The notes beneath the pieces are model-generated. The model was not told the DNA's origin and ran no database searches. It worked only from the letters and a program-made list of their open reading frames with translations. A program made the position numbers and the translations under genes. Shown one piece after another: positions 20,230 to 30,581 of a DNA stretch of 64,000 nt (position 1 is the stretch's first letter; every line of letters begins with the position of its first letter). The stretch is taken from assembly GCA_963823335.1 (NCBI GenBank), contig CAWGLD010000001.1, forward strand, positions 1,152,001 through 1,216,000, written 5' to 3'. Source of the stretch: an uncultured delta proteobacterium. GTDB lineage: Bacteria; Desulfobacterota; Desulfobacteria; Desulfobacterales; B30-G6.

Positions 20230-21399
20230 ATGACGGAAAAGATAGATATCATCATCATCGGTGGCGGGATCATGGGGAGCGCCACTGCCTATTCACTGCT
20301 GCAGGCGGACAACGGCCTGAAGATAGTAGTGATCGAAAAGGATCCCTCATACACGCGTGCATCCACCACCTTATCCATGTCCAATGCCCGGATTCAGTTC
20401 AGCCTGAAACAGAATATCCGGATATCCCAATATGCTTTTGAGATACTGGAACGGTTCGAGGAGGATATGGGGGTGGGAGACAGACACCCACGCATTGGAT
20501 TCAAGCGGGAAGGGAACCTGTTTGTGGTGGACGCGCAGGGACTCGAATCTGCAAAAGCAGCGATTCAACTGCAAAAGGGACTGGGCTGTGACATCCTGTG
20601 GCAGAGTCCAGAGGAGATCGCGGCACAGTACCCCTTGTACAATATGAAAGAATATGTCGGCGGGTCTTTTGGCCCCCGGGATGGTTATTTCGATGCCTAT
20701 GCCACTCTCATGGGATACAAGGCAAAAGCCATTGCCATGGGGGCACGCTATATAGAAGACGCGGTTGTAAAAATAAACCTTATGAACAAGCAGGTGGATG
20801 GCGTACACCTGGCATCCGGCAACGCCCTTGGGGCCGGTGTCGTTGTCAACTGTGCCGGCGCATGGGCAGCGCAGGTCGCCCGTACAGCCAATGTCGACCT
20901 GCCCATCGATCCGGTCAAGCGCCAGGTGTTTGTACTGGATACGACGGTGAAGCCTGAACGGCCCCTGCCCTTGACGGTTCTTCCATCGGGTCTTTATTTT
21001 AGAACGGAAACAGGGGGCCACATTCTGTTGGGAAAATCCATGGATGAGGATCCGGTCGGCTTTGAATTTTCCTGGGACGAAAAACGGTTTTATGATGTAT
21101 TGTGGCCCGAGCTTGCCGAGTATGTGCCCGCTTTCGATACCCTGAAACTCATCCGGGGATGGGCTGGTCTCTATGCGGTCAACCGGCTGGACAGCAATGC
21201 CATTCTCGGGGAATGGCCTGAAATTGCGGGTCTGTTTTTGGCCAATGGGTTTTCGGGCCACGGTCTGCAGCAGGCCCCGGCGGTGGGGCGCTATCTGTCA
21301 GAAGTTATTTTGGGAAAAGAGCCTGTTTTGGACCTGTCCATATTTTCTCCCCAGCGCATTCTTGAAAACAAACCCTTAACGGAGATGGGGTTGGTATAG
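20230..21399 (+). CDS. FAD-dependent oxidoreductase (DAO/sarcosine oxidase beta/FOXRED1-like)
   Basis: IIGGGIMGSATA, RIQFS, WAGLY, GFSGHGLQQAPAVG. Confidence 0.88.
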   Translation: MTEKIDIIIIGGGIMGSATAYSLLQADNGLKIVVIEKDPSYTRASTTLSMSNARIQFSLKQNIRISQYAFEILERFEEDMGVGDRHPRIGFKREGNLFVVDAQGLESAKAAIQLQKGLGCDILWQSPEEIAAQYPLYNMKEYVGGSFGPRDGYFDAYATLMGYKAKAIAMGARYIEDAVVKINLMNKQVDGVHLASGNALGAGVVVNCAGAWAAQVARTANVDLPIDPVKRQVFVLDTTVKPERPLPLTVLPSGLYFRTETGGHILLGKSMDEDPVGFEFSWDEKRFYDVLWPELAEYVPAFDTLKLIRGWAGLYAVNRLDSNAILGEWPEIAGLFLANGFSGHGLQQAPAVGRYLSEVILGKEPVLDLSIFSPQRILENKPLTEMGLV

Positions 21400-21402
21400 C
21401 AA

Positions 21403-22650
21403 ATGGAAACATCCAAGCACGTCATCATCATCGGTGGTGGTGTCATAGGCGGGTTTGCGGCGTATTACCTGCTGGAGAACGGGTGGTCGGTTACCATCGT
21501 CGACAAAGACCGCTTCGGCCAGGGAGCTTCCAGCGGCAACTGCGGCCTGATCGTCCCCAATCACATTCTGCCCCTCAACTCCCTGGGCACCCTTGTCAAG
21601 GCGCTCACGTGGATGCTGTCTGAAGATTCGCCGCTGTATATCAAGCCGCGATTGGACGCTAATCTGATTAAATGGTTTTGCCAGTTTGCTCGTCATGCAC
21701 ATCCAAAAGCGGTGTTGAGATCTGCGAGAGGCCGTCATGCATTGCTGAAGAGCAGTTTCGAGCTGTATCCGGTGTTTATGGAGGCAGAAAATGTGGCCTG
21801 CGACTGGGATGTGGGCGGTTCCCTTCACATTTATAGATCTGCCAGGGGCTGGAACGATTATCGCAGAACCGATACTTTTTTAAGAGGGTTCGGAATACAG
21901 GCCCAGGCCCTGGACAGGAATACCATCCGTGGCTTTATGCCGGCCCTGGATGAGGGCGTCAGCGGCGGCTGGCTCTACCGGCAGACCGCCCTTCTCCGAC
22001 CCGAACGGCTCATGTCTGAGTTGCGCCGCATTCTTCTAGACCGTGGTGCACGGATTTTAGAGAATTGTCCAGTTCAAACCTTTCGGCAGGAACAAGGTCG
22101 CGCTGTTTCCATTGTGACAAAGGATGGGGAACTTGCAGCCGATGCATTTGTGCTGGCCACAGGGGCCTGGGCGCCTTTTTTTGAGAACGTGCTGGGGTGC
22201 AACCTCCCGATTCAAGCGGGAAAAGGGTATTCTATGACCATGGATCGGCCAGAGAGATTTCCCGGGATCCCATGCTTTTTTGAAGAACAGCGCATGGTAT
22301 CGACACCCTGGCCCGATGCGTGCCGGCTGGGAGGAACCATGGAATTCTCGGGTTATGATACCCAGCTGAACCAACGGCGACTGCGGGCGTTGAAAAGCGG
22401 TTTCGAGGGCTACTCCGAGCAATGGCAATTCAACAGCAAAAAAGAGCAATGGTGTGGTTTCCGGCCCATGACCATGGACGGGTTGCCTTTCATCGATCGT
22501 TCGCCCCGGTTGAAAAATGTCATGATTGCAGCCGGGCATAACATGATCGGCCTGAGTGCGGCGCCGGGAACGGGAAAACTCGTGGCTGAGATCCTGGCAG
22601 GAGCCTCGCCCCATATCGATCCACATCCCTACCGCATTACAAGGCCATAA
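21403..22650 (+). CDS. D-amino acid dehydrogenase (DadA-like)
   Basis: IIGGGVIG, ASSGNCGL, GKGYS, WCGFRPMT.DGLPFI, GHNMIGL. Confidence 0.88.
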   Translation: METSKHVIIIGGGVIGGFAAYYLLENGWSVTIVDKDRFGQGASSGNCGLIVPNHILPLNSLGTLVKALTWMLSEDSPLYIKPRLDANLIKWFCQFARHAHPKAVLRSARGRHALLKSSFELYPVFMEAENVACDWDVGGSLHIYRSARGWNDYRRTDTFLRGFGIQAQALDRNTIRGFMPALDEGVSGGWLYRQTALLRPERLMSELRRILLDRGARILENCPVQTFRQEQGRAVSIVTKDGELAADAFVLATGAWAPFFENVLGCNLPIQAGKGYSMTMDRPERFPGIPCFFEEQRMVSTPWPDACRLGGTMEFSGYDTQLNQRRLRALKSGFEGYSEQWQFNSKKEQWCGFRPMTMDGLPFIDRSPRLKNVMIAAGHNMIGLSAAPGTGKLVAEILAGASPHIDPHPYRITRP

Positions 22651-22889
22651 TGGCATCGCTGGGCGATGTTATTTGACGCGGCTTTGCCGCTTTAAAACAT
22701 GCGGTCATCTATGAAACTGAAATACTATCGAGAGGTTATAGCATTTGTCAAAATACCTTGTCGTGAGTGTTTTTCTTTTAATGAGCAGAAAGCCCCAGGT
22801 GTGATCCGCATACGGGGAATCATCTTGATGGTATAATTATAATCTGCTATCAATTCCATATCATCGTCTTCAGATGGGAGAGCGAAACA

Positions 22890-23984
22890 ATGCATGTGTT
22901 TTTTCGATTTTTTATCCGCATACGGATATGTTTATGCCTGGTATTACTAGCAGGAGCAAATTTCACTTCCTATTCATTTGCCCAGGAACAGAAAAAAACA
23001 CCCCCGGCCATCCCGGTCAAGACAGCGCCAGTCGTAAAAAAAACCGTCAGTGACCAGATTTCTCTGATTGGCACGACAAAGCCCATCCGGGAGAGCGTCG
23101 TTGCATCCGAGGTGTCGGGTCTGGTGGAGATTTTTTACGTCAAGGCCGGGGATTTTATCACCAGGGGAACTCCGCTGGCGGTTCTGGGGTCTACTGGTGC
23201 GCGACTGCGATTGAAGGGCGCCATGGCTGCCCGGTCTGGTATTCAAGCAAGACGTATTCTCGCTGAAAAGGAGTTGCAGCGCATCAGCAACCTCAAGAGT
23301 ACCAACAGCGTGGCGGAAAGACAATATGACGAAGCTTTCTACAATCATAGTGCTCTTGAAAATGAACTTTTAAAAAATGCGGCCGATATCGAGCAACTGG
23401 AATACGAAATTTATAGAAAGGATATTAAGGCGCCTTTTGCAGGTTTTGTCGCATCAGAGCATACCCAGGTAGGGGAATGGGTGGCTGCGGGCGGTCCGGT
23501 TGTTACGCTGGTGGACATGAACCGTATTCTCATCATGGTGGATGTGCCTGAAAGATATGCCGTGGGGATCAAATCCAGCAGCAACGTCCGTGCGGCCATT
23601 GGCAGCCTGGGTACATTACCCCTGTTCGCAAGCGTTTCCGCAATTTTACCCAAGGGGGATCCAAGCGCCAGAACATTCCCTGTACACATCGAACTGCCAA
23701 ATAAAGATTACAGGATCAAGAGCGGCATGGCCGCAACGGTTACATTCAATGTAGGGGAGAAGCGAACGGTCAAGTTGCTGCCCAAAGATGCCGTTGTAAC
23801 TTCCGGAGACACGCGGCTGGTCTATACCGTCGAAAATGGCAAGGCAGTTCCTGTTCCTGTCAAGATCGAGGGCTACTATGACAATGATGCCGCCATCGAG
23901 GGAGCTCTGGAACCGGGCATTCAGGTGGTTATCCGGGGTAACGAGCGCTTGAGGCCAGGTCAGGCCATACAGGTTGTTGACTGA
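22890..23984 (+). CDS. RND efflux periplasmic adaptor (MFP)
   Basis: SEVSGLVE lipoyl-like half, coiled coil, IKAPFAG, VPERY, GNERLRPG. Confidence 0.9.
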   Translation: MHVFFRFFIRIRICLCLVLLAGANFTSYSFAQEQKKTPPAIPVKTAPVVKKTVSDQISLIGTTKPIRESVVASEVSGLVEIFYVKAGDFITRGTPLAVLGSTGARLRLKGAMAARSGIQARRILAEKELQRISNLKSTNSVAERQYDEAFYNHSALENELLKNAADIEQLEYEIYRKDIKAPFAGFVASEHTQVGEWVAAGGPVVTLVDMNRILIMVDVPERYAVGIKSSSNVRAAIGSLGTLPLFASVSAILPKGDPSARTFPVHIELPNKDYRIKSGMAATVTFNVGEKRTVKLLPKDAVVTSGDTRLVYTVENGKAVPVPVKIEGYYDNDAAIEGALEPGIQVVIRGNERLRPGQAIQVVD

Positions 23985-26900
23985 TGAAACTCGTCGATAC
24001 TGCGATCAAAAGACCGGTGACCGTTATTGTGGGTGCTATTCTGCTGGTTCTGTTCGGTTTTATTTCTCTTTACAGAATTCCGATCCAGTTGACGCCCAAT
24101 GTGGATCTACCTGAAGTGTCCGTGGAGACGCGATGGGATGGAGCCAGCCCTCAGGAGGTGGAACGGGAGATTATCGATGTCCAGGAGGAGGAGTTGAAAA
24201 ACCTCGAGGGACTGGACAGCATGGAAAGCGAAAGCCGGGACAGCTATGCGTACATCAACCTGATGTTCGAAATCGGTACGGATCCGGATGACGCGCTGTT
24301 GCGGGTGTCCAAGAAACTGGACCAGGTAAAAAAATATCCAACCGACGCCGACAAACCCCTGATAAAATCCGGTGGGCGGCAAGAGCAGGCCATTGCCTGG
24401 ATGGTGGTGAAGGCTTTAGACGGATACCAGGGTATTTTGAATCAGGAGTTCGACTTTATCAATGATAATGTCAAACCCTTTCTGGAAAGAATCGACAACG
24501 TCGCTTCGGTGAATGTCTATGGGGGTCAGGAAAGGGAGCTTACGGTCATCATCGACACGGAAGCGATGGCCGCCCGCAAAATCACCATACCCGAACTTTT
24601 AAGAGCACTGGCCGTTGAGAACAGAAACGTGAGTGCCGGCAGTTTCGATGAAGGCAAACGAAAGTATGTCACCCGAACGGTGGGTGAGTTCAGGGATGTC
24701 ACCGACGTTGAAAATGTCATCGTCAAACGGGTGAACAATATCCCTGTAAAGGTGGGAGATGTCTCGCGTGTCCAGATTGGGTATGAAAAACTGGACGTGG
24801 TGGTCCGACACGAAGGCTCACCCACCATCGTCATGAATGTCATCCGTGAACCGGGCTCCAATGTGCTGGTTATCATGAGCCGCCTGAAAGAGGTTTTAAA
24901 GGACCTCAACGACTCGGTTCTCAAGGACAGAAAGCTGGCGATCCGTCAAGTCTACGATGAAACCGGCTATATTTACAGCGCCATCGATCTTGTGCGGCAG
25001 AACATCTTTCTTGGAGGGATCCTGGCGATCGTGGTGCTGATTCTATTCTTAAGGAGTCTTGCCAGCACCTTTATCGTTTCCCTGGCGATCCCCATCAGCG
25101 TGATCGCGACTTTTCTGATCATGACCTTGCTGGGACGCAATATCAATGTGGTCAGTCTGGCGGGTCTCAGTTTTGCCATCGGCATGGTGGTGGACAACTC
25201 CATTGTGGTGTTCGAGAACATTTTTCGGCATCGTGAGATGGGCAAATCGCGTGCGACGGCTGCCTATGACGGCACCGTAGAAGTCTGGGGTGCTGTCCTG
25301 GCAAGTACGCTGACCACCGTGGCGGTGTTTCTGCCCATCGTGTTTGTACAGGAAGAAGCGGGCCAGCTATTCCGGGACATTGCCATTGCCATCAGCAGTG
25401 CGGTTTTGTTGAGTCTGATCGTTTCCATAACGGGTATTCCGACGCTATCGGCCAAGATTCTCGGCCGGGTCGATACAACATCTCCGAAAAAGAGAGGCCG
25501 GTTTTCCGTCATCGGAATAGCCGGCGGGTTCGTCAATATGATCACCCGTTTTATCTACTGGATGTGCGGTTATGTGACGGCCAGGATTGTGATGGTGCTT
25601 GTTTTAACCACATTGTCATTCAGTTTTGCCTTAGGGCTGATACCCAAAACAGAGTATCTTCCCCAGGGGAACCGTGAAATGCTGTTCGGTATTCTCATCC
25701 CTCCACCCGGTTATAACCAGGATGAAATGAAGCGTATCGCCATAGAGGTGGAAAAAGACATTCTGCCCTTGATCGATCATGAAGGTGAAAGTAAAATGGC
25801 GTCAGATTTAAATCTTCCTCCGCTGGAGAGCTTCTTCTTTGTGGCGTTCGGACAACAGGCCTTTATGGGGATGATGTCCAAGATTCAAGAACGGACAGCC
25901 GAACTGCTCCCTTATATTTATGGTGCCCTCAGAAAAATACCCGGCATGATCGCCGTGGTTCAGCAGCCGGGCCTTTTCGCACGGGGCATCGGTAAGGGTC
26001 GATCCATCGAGGTCGAGATAACAGGCCCTGATCTGGTTCAGTTGATCAATCTGGGGCGGCAGGTCTTTGGCGGGGCCATGCAGGTCCTTCCCGGAGCCCA
26101 GATTCGACCCATCCCGAGCCTCGACCTGGGGAGCCCGGAAATGCAGATTGTTCCCGACCGGGACCGGCTGACCCGCCTGGGATTGACCACGGCCGATCTT
26201 GGTACAACGGTCGATGTTCTGGTGGACGGTGCTCGTGCCAGCGGATACCGTTTTCTGGGGGAAGAGATTGACCTCATGGTCAAGACGGAAGAAAACAGGA
26301 TATCGACCATTCAGGATTTAGCAGGTCTGCCGATAATTGCCCAATCCGGAGAAACGGTGACCCTGGCATCGGTGGCAGACATAAGCTTGACCGAGGGACC
26401 CAGCCAGATCAACCATATCCGTGCGGAACGGGCCATCACCATACAGATTATCCCACCCTTTGAGATCGCTCTTGAAACGGCAACACAGCTCATCGCCGAA
26501 AAGGTTATCGAGCCTCTGACTGGCAGTGGTGTTCTGGGTACTAGCTATCGTATCGACATGGCAGGCACCGCGGACGACCTGACACGAACCCGGGACGCGC
26601 TCATGTGGAATTTCCTGCTGGCGATGGTTATCAGCTATCTGCTCATGTCAGCTCTGTTTGAAAATTTTCTGTATCCCTTCATCATCATGTTCAGCGTGCC
26701 CCTGGCTGCGGCCGGTGGCTTTGTCGGTCTTTTTCTGCTCAACCGGTTTCTTGTTTACCAGCCCCTGGACATTATTACCATGCTCGGTTTCGTCATTCTG
26801 GTGGGCATCGTGGTGAACAATGCCATTCTTATCGTTCATCAGACACTCAACAATATGCGCGATGCCGCCATGACATCCCGCGAGGCCATCGCCGAGTCGG

Positions 26901-27142
26901 TCCGGTCACGAATACGACCCATCTATATGAGCAGCATCACCACGGTATGCGCCATGACCCCCCTGGTGCTTTCACCCGGGGCCGGTTCCGAATTTTATCG
27001 TGGGCTCGGCAGCGTTGTCATTGGCGGTATCCTGGTTTCCACGATTTTCACCATTTTTCTGATTCCTGCATTGCTGAGCTTGACATTGGATACCGTGTCC
27101 GGCATTAAGAGAAGCTTGCACCTGGAGAACACAGACACCTGA
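23984..27142 (+). CDS. RND (AcrB/AcrD/AcrF family) efflux transporter
   Basis: 1052 aa; GMVVDNSIVVFENI, GIVVNNAIL, RIRPIYM. Confidence 0.95.
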   Translation: MKLVDTAIKRPVTVIVGAILLVLFGFISLYRIPIQLTPNVDLPEVSVETRWDGASPQEVEREIIDVQEEELKNLEGLDSMESESRDSYAYINLMFEIGTDPDDALLRVSKKLDQVKKYPTDADKPLIKSGGRQEQAIAWMVVKALDGYQGILNQEFDFINDNVKPFLERIDNVASVNVYGGQERELTVIIDTEAMAARKITIPELLRALAVENRNVSAGSFDEGKRKYVTRTVGEFRDVTDVENVIVKRVNNIPVKVGDVSRVQIGYEKLDVVVRHEGSPTIVMNVIREPGSNVLVIMSRLKEVLKDLNDSVLKDRKLAIRQVYDETGYIYSAIDLVRQNIFLGGILAIVVLILFLRSLASTFIVSLAIPISVIATFLIMTLLGRNINVVSLAGLSFAIGMVVDNSIVVFENIFRHREMGKSRATAAYDGTVEVWGAVLASTLTTVAVFLPIVFVQEEAGQLFRDIAIAISSAVLLSLIVSITGIPTLSAKILGRVDTTSPKKRGRFSVIGIAGGFVNMITRFIYWMCGYVTARIVMVLVLTTLSFSFALGLIPKTEYLPQGNREMLFGILIPPPGYNQDEMKRIAIEVEKDILPLIDHEGESKMASDLNLPPLESFFFVAFGQQAFMGMMSKIQERTAELLPYIYGALRKIPGMIAVVQQPGLFARGIGKGRSIEVEITGPDLVQLINLGRQVFGGAMQVLPGAQIRPIPSLDLGSPEMQIVPDRDRLTRLGLTTADLGTTVDVLVDGARASGYRFLGEEIDLMVKTEENRISTIQDLAGLPIIAQSGETVTLASVADISLTEGPSQINHIRAERAITIQIIPPFEIALETATQLIAEKVIEPLTGSGVLGTSYRIDMAGTADDLTRTRDALMWNFLLAMVISYLLMSALFENFLYPFIIMFSVPLAAAGGFVGLFLLNRFLVYQPLDIITMLGFVILVGIVVNNAILIVHQTLNNMRDAAMTSREAIAESVRSRIRPIYMSSITTVCAMTPLVLSPGAGSEFYRGLGSVVIGGILVSTIFTIFLIPALLSLTLDTVSGIKRSLHLENTDT

Positions 27143-27154
27143 GGGAAGGAACAT

Positions 27155-29296
27155 ATGAAAGCGTTTAATTTGAAAGACATCACATCACTGACCTATCAAC
27201 GGCCGGATATCGAAAAGGGCTATGCAAACCAAACTCTTTGTGTGGATATTTCAGATCCTGAAATATCCATTAAACCGGTTTCCGACGAAATGAAACGGAT
27301 TTTTGTCGGTGGCAAAGGTTTTGATTTATGGCTGCTGTGGCATGCTGTAACCGGAACCACCCAATGGACAGATCCGGAGAACACCATCTGTATAGCCTCG
27401 GGTCCCATGGGCGGGACACCGTCCTATCCAGGATCAGGGAAGAGTATTGTGACGTCCTTGTCGCCGCTGACAGGGTCGGTTGTCGATTCCAACGTGGGCG
27501 GGTATTTTGGCCCCTATCTTAAATTTTCAGGATTTGATGCCCTGGAGATACAAGGCCAATCTTCCCGGGAAGTGGTTATATACATTGACGGTATCAGCGA
27601 GACCGTGACCATTTTCGAGGCACAGGGCCTGCCTGAAGATGCCTATGAAACCTCGTCTGTATTGACCCGGCATTTTGGAAATGAAAAACCAAGAGGAATT
27701 TCCGTCGTATCCACAGGACCGGGTGCGAAACATACCTTGATGGGCTGCCTGAACGTCACCTGGTACGACCCGAAACGGAAACGGGCTAGATATAAACAGG
27801 CCGGTCGTGGCGGACTGGGCACGGTGTTTGCCCATAAAGGCGTCAAGGCGGTTGTTGTCCGTTGGGACACCGTTTCCATGGATGCCAACAACCCGGCCGA
27901 TTTGGAAACAATGAAAACTGTTGCCAAAAGCTACTCCAGAGAGATCGTGGAACTGGACCCGAAACAGAATGAGATGGCAAAGATCGGTACGACCCATCTG
28001 GTTCCTATTATGAACGATTTTGATCTGCTGCCGACGCATAATTTTAAATTCGGGCAGCATAAGATGGCCGGATTGATTGGAAAGGAGGTTTATAAAGATC
28101 TCTTTGATCCAGGATTTGACGGATGCTGGATGGGCTGTACCGTGGCATGCTCTCATGGTGTAAAGGATTTTGTGCCGCTGACAGGCCCCTACAAGGGCAG
28201 CAAGGTTTTTGTGGACGGGCCCGAATATGAAACCATTGCCGGGTGCGGGTCCAATCTGGGCATCTTTGATCCCTATACTATTATCGAAATCAATTTTTAC
28301 TGTGATGCCTACGGTCTCGATACCATCTCTGTGGGGACTACCATGGCATTTGCCATGGAATGCTTTGAAATGGGTCTCATCGACAAAAGCCATACAGGCG
28401 GGCTGGATCTTCATTTCGGCAATCGGGATGCAGCCCTGGAACTGGTTCATCAAATGGCCAGAGGAGAGGGGTTTGGAACGGTTCTCGGCCAGGGTGTCCG
28501 GCGGATGAAAAAGCAATTTGCCTCGGAATTTGGTGCGGATGCGCAAACCCTGCAGGATATCGGTATGGAGTCCAAGGGGCTCGAATTTTCTGAGTACATG
28601 ACCAAGGAATCCCTGGCCCAGCAGGGTGGATATGGCATGGCTCTCAAAGGACCGCAGCACGATGAAGCATGGCTGATCTTTCTGGACATGGTGCACAACT
28701 ATATGCCAACATTCGAACAGAAAGCAGAAGCCTTGCACTGGTTCCCCATGTTTCGCACATGGTTCGGGCTCTGTGGTCTGTGCAAGCTTCCCTGGAACGA
28801 TATTGTCCCGGAAGACAACAAGGACACCGAGGAACCCGCCAAGGTGATCAAGCATATGACATGGTACGCCCAATATTTTGGTGCGGTAACAGGACGTAAA
28901 GTCGTTCCGGAGGATCTCATCACCATCAGCGAGGCGGTATACAATTTCCAGCGGATCTTCAACCTGAAAATGGGGTTTGGGACAAGGGCCCAGGACATCC
29001 TGCCCTATCGTGCAGTGGGCCCGGTGACGGAAGAGGAATATGAATCCCGTCAGGAACGCTACGACGGCCAGCTGAAAGAGAGGCATGGCGTCGATATCCA
29101 GGGCAAGTCTACAGCAGAAAAGGTGGCTGTTCTGCGCAAACTGCGGGAAGAGCAATATGAACAATTAAAAGATGCGGTATATGAGAGAAGAGGATGGACC
29201 CAGAACGGCATACCGACGGTAAAAACCGTCAAGCGCCTGGGTATCGATTTCCCCGCTGTGCTGGAGATCCTAGAGAAAAACGGAGTAACCACTTGA
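27155..29296 (+). CDS. aor: Tungsten-dependent aldehyde:ferredoxin oxidoreductase family
   Basis: SPLTG..DSNVGG, AGRGGLG, CWMGCTVAC, GPEYET, GLDTISVG, CGLCKLPW. Confidence 0.9.
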   Translation: MKAFNLKDITSLTYQRPDIEKGYANQTLCVDISDPEISIKPVSDEMKRIFVGGKGFDLWLLWHAVTGTTQWTDPENTICIASGPMGGTPSYPGSGKSIVTSLSPLTGSVVDSNVGGYFGPYLKFSGFDALEIQGQSSREVVIYIDGISETVTIFEAQGLPEDAYETSSVLTRHFGNEKPRGISVVSTGPGAKHTLMGCLNVTWYDPKRKRARYKQAGRGGLGTVFAHKGVKAVVVRWDTVSMDANNPADLETMKTVAKSYSREIVELDPKQNEMAKIGTTHLVPIMNDFDLLPTHNFKFGQHKMAGLIGKEVYKDLFDPGFDGCWMGCTVACSHGVKDFVPLTGPYKGSKVFVDGPEYETIAGCGSNLGIFDPYTIIEINFYCDAYGLDTISVGTTMAFAMECFEMGLIDKSHTGGLDLHFGNRDAALELVHQMARGEGFGTVLGQGVRRMKKQFASEFGADAQTLQDIGMESKGLEFSEYMTKESLAQQGGYGMALKGPQHDEAWLIFLDMVHNYMPTFEQKAEALHWFPMFRTWFGLCGLCKLPWNDIVPEDNKDTEEPAKVIKHMTWYAQYFGAVTGRKVVPEDLITISEAVYNFQRIFNLKMGFGTRAQDILPYRAVGPVTEEEYESRQERYDGQLKERHGVDIQGKSTAEKVAVLRKLREEQYEQLKDAVYERRGWTQNGIPTVKTVKRLGIDFPAVLEILEKNGVTT

Positions 29297-29490
29297 TTTC
29301 ACTGGATGGCAAGCAGATGCTCTGGAAAAAAGGCATGACCGTATCGAATTTTTTGCAGGAAATCCCTGATGCCCATCAATATGCCGTGATAAGGGTTAAT
29401 GACCGCTATGTGTCTCGACCCAGTTTTGATACCTATATTATTCCGGATAACGCTGAAATATACTTGATACCAATGATTGCAGGAGGGTAA
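29293..29490 (+). CDS. MoaD/ThiS family sulfur carrier
   Basis: TTG start overlaps the aor TGA stop; 65 aa ending IPMIAGG (C-terminal GG). Confidence 0.85.
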   Translation: MISLDGKQMLWKKGMTVSNFLQEIPDAHQYAVIRVNDRYVSRPSFDTYIIPDNAEIYLIPMIAGG

Positions 29491-29666
29491 ACAGAGTTGT
29501 GGCGAAAATAGAGGGCGGTTGCATCAACGGCCTTGATTTCCCGTTGGATTGGAATTTAACCCTGTACCTGTAATGCCTGAATTGAGCGATCCCAAGAAGT
29601 GCAACGTTCAACTTGGGTAAGCATACCGATGCATTCTATAAACTCACTATTTTATAAGGAGGCGTC

Positions 29667-29963
29667 ATGCTTAAGAAGAATTACACAAAAACAGGCCAAT
29701 TTTGCAGAGTGACATTTAAGGTGCCACCGGATGTCGATGCCAAGAAGGTAATGTTGTGCGGGGATTTTAATGCTTGGGATAGAAAAAAAACCGTCATGAA
29801 GCTTCTTAAAGATGGCAGTTTTTCGGTTACGATCACATTGCCTGCAAACAGCTTGTATCGGTTTAAGTATTACCTTGGCACCCATCGATGGGAGAACGAC
29901 GGGGATGCCGATGGCTACGTCAGCAACGATTTCGGGAGTGAAGATTCCTTGCTCGAGGTTTGA
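29667..29963 (+). CDS. Isoamylase early-set/CBM48 glycogen-binding domain protein
   Basis: LCGDFNAW, YRFKY, WEND, NDFGSEDS; AAGGAGG RBS. Confidence 0.85.
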   Translation: MLKKNYTKTGQFCRVTFKVPPDVDAKKVMLCGDFNAWDRKKTVMKLLKDGSFSVTITLPANSLYRFKYYLGTHRWENDGDADGYVSNDFGSEDSLLEV

Positions 29964-30281
29964 TATGGAATATTACATTCAGTACACAACAGTTGCGTAA
30001 TTGGAGTGCAAATTCCAGACCTTTGGGTACAAGATATCCTATATTTTCTAATATTTTGCAGACAACATACTATATGTTGATCTTGCACGATTTTTGCATT
30101 ATAGGAATTCAGTCAATCCGCAGTGGGTTGATATATTCCCAAAAGTCAGAACGGTGCATGAGGAAATGAAAGACTATTCGGTTCTCAAATCAAGCAGGGA
30201 GGCGCTCCTGAGAAAGGCTGGTTTTCAGGAAGGCCATAACATTTTTGATAGCGGATCCCTAAATCAGACACTCGAATTTCA

Positions 30282-30322
30282 GGTCGTGGGGGATCGGAGC
30301 GATCCGGGTTCCCCCAGCGACC
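30282..30322. other. GC-rich intergenic hairpin
   Basis: ggtcg-tggggga-tcgga-gcga-tccgg-gt-tccccca-g-cgacc. Confidence 0.5.
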
Positions 30323-30581
30323 AGAATTGATATGCGACATCCACGTTTAATGATGTGTTGCATATTCATCTAAGTGTCCGAGAATCTTTTTTTCGTTACT
30401 GGGTCTGATCATCGTTTGCCTATCAAAATGGTACCCTTTACCATTCGTTCGCATATTCCATCATCAAACCGGGAATTGTATCTTTTTAAGAGCACCCCCC
30501 TATATCTTCCCTAATTTTTTATATCAGAGCATATACGCAAACCTGTCATTGAACAAAGAACAGATAAAGGAGGTTAAAAGC

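Noticed and set aside
27527-29164. Long antisense ORFs (545 aa here; also 13052-14374, 55473-56657, 20371-21261)
   Set aside because: They mirror well-supported genes on the opposite strand and contain no motifs of their own.
29960-30330. ORFs 29960-30169 and 30094-30330
   Set aside because: TTG starts, no RBS, no recognisable family; possibly a remnant but unsupported.
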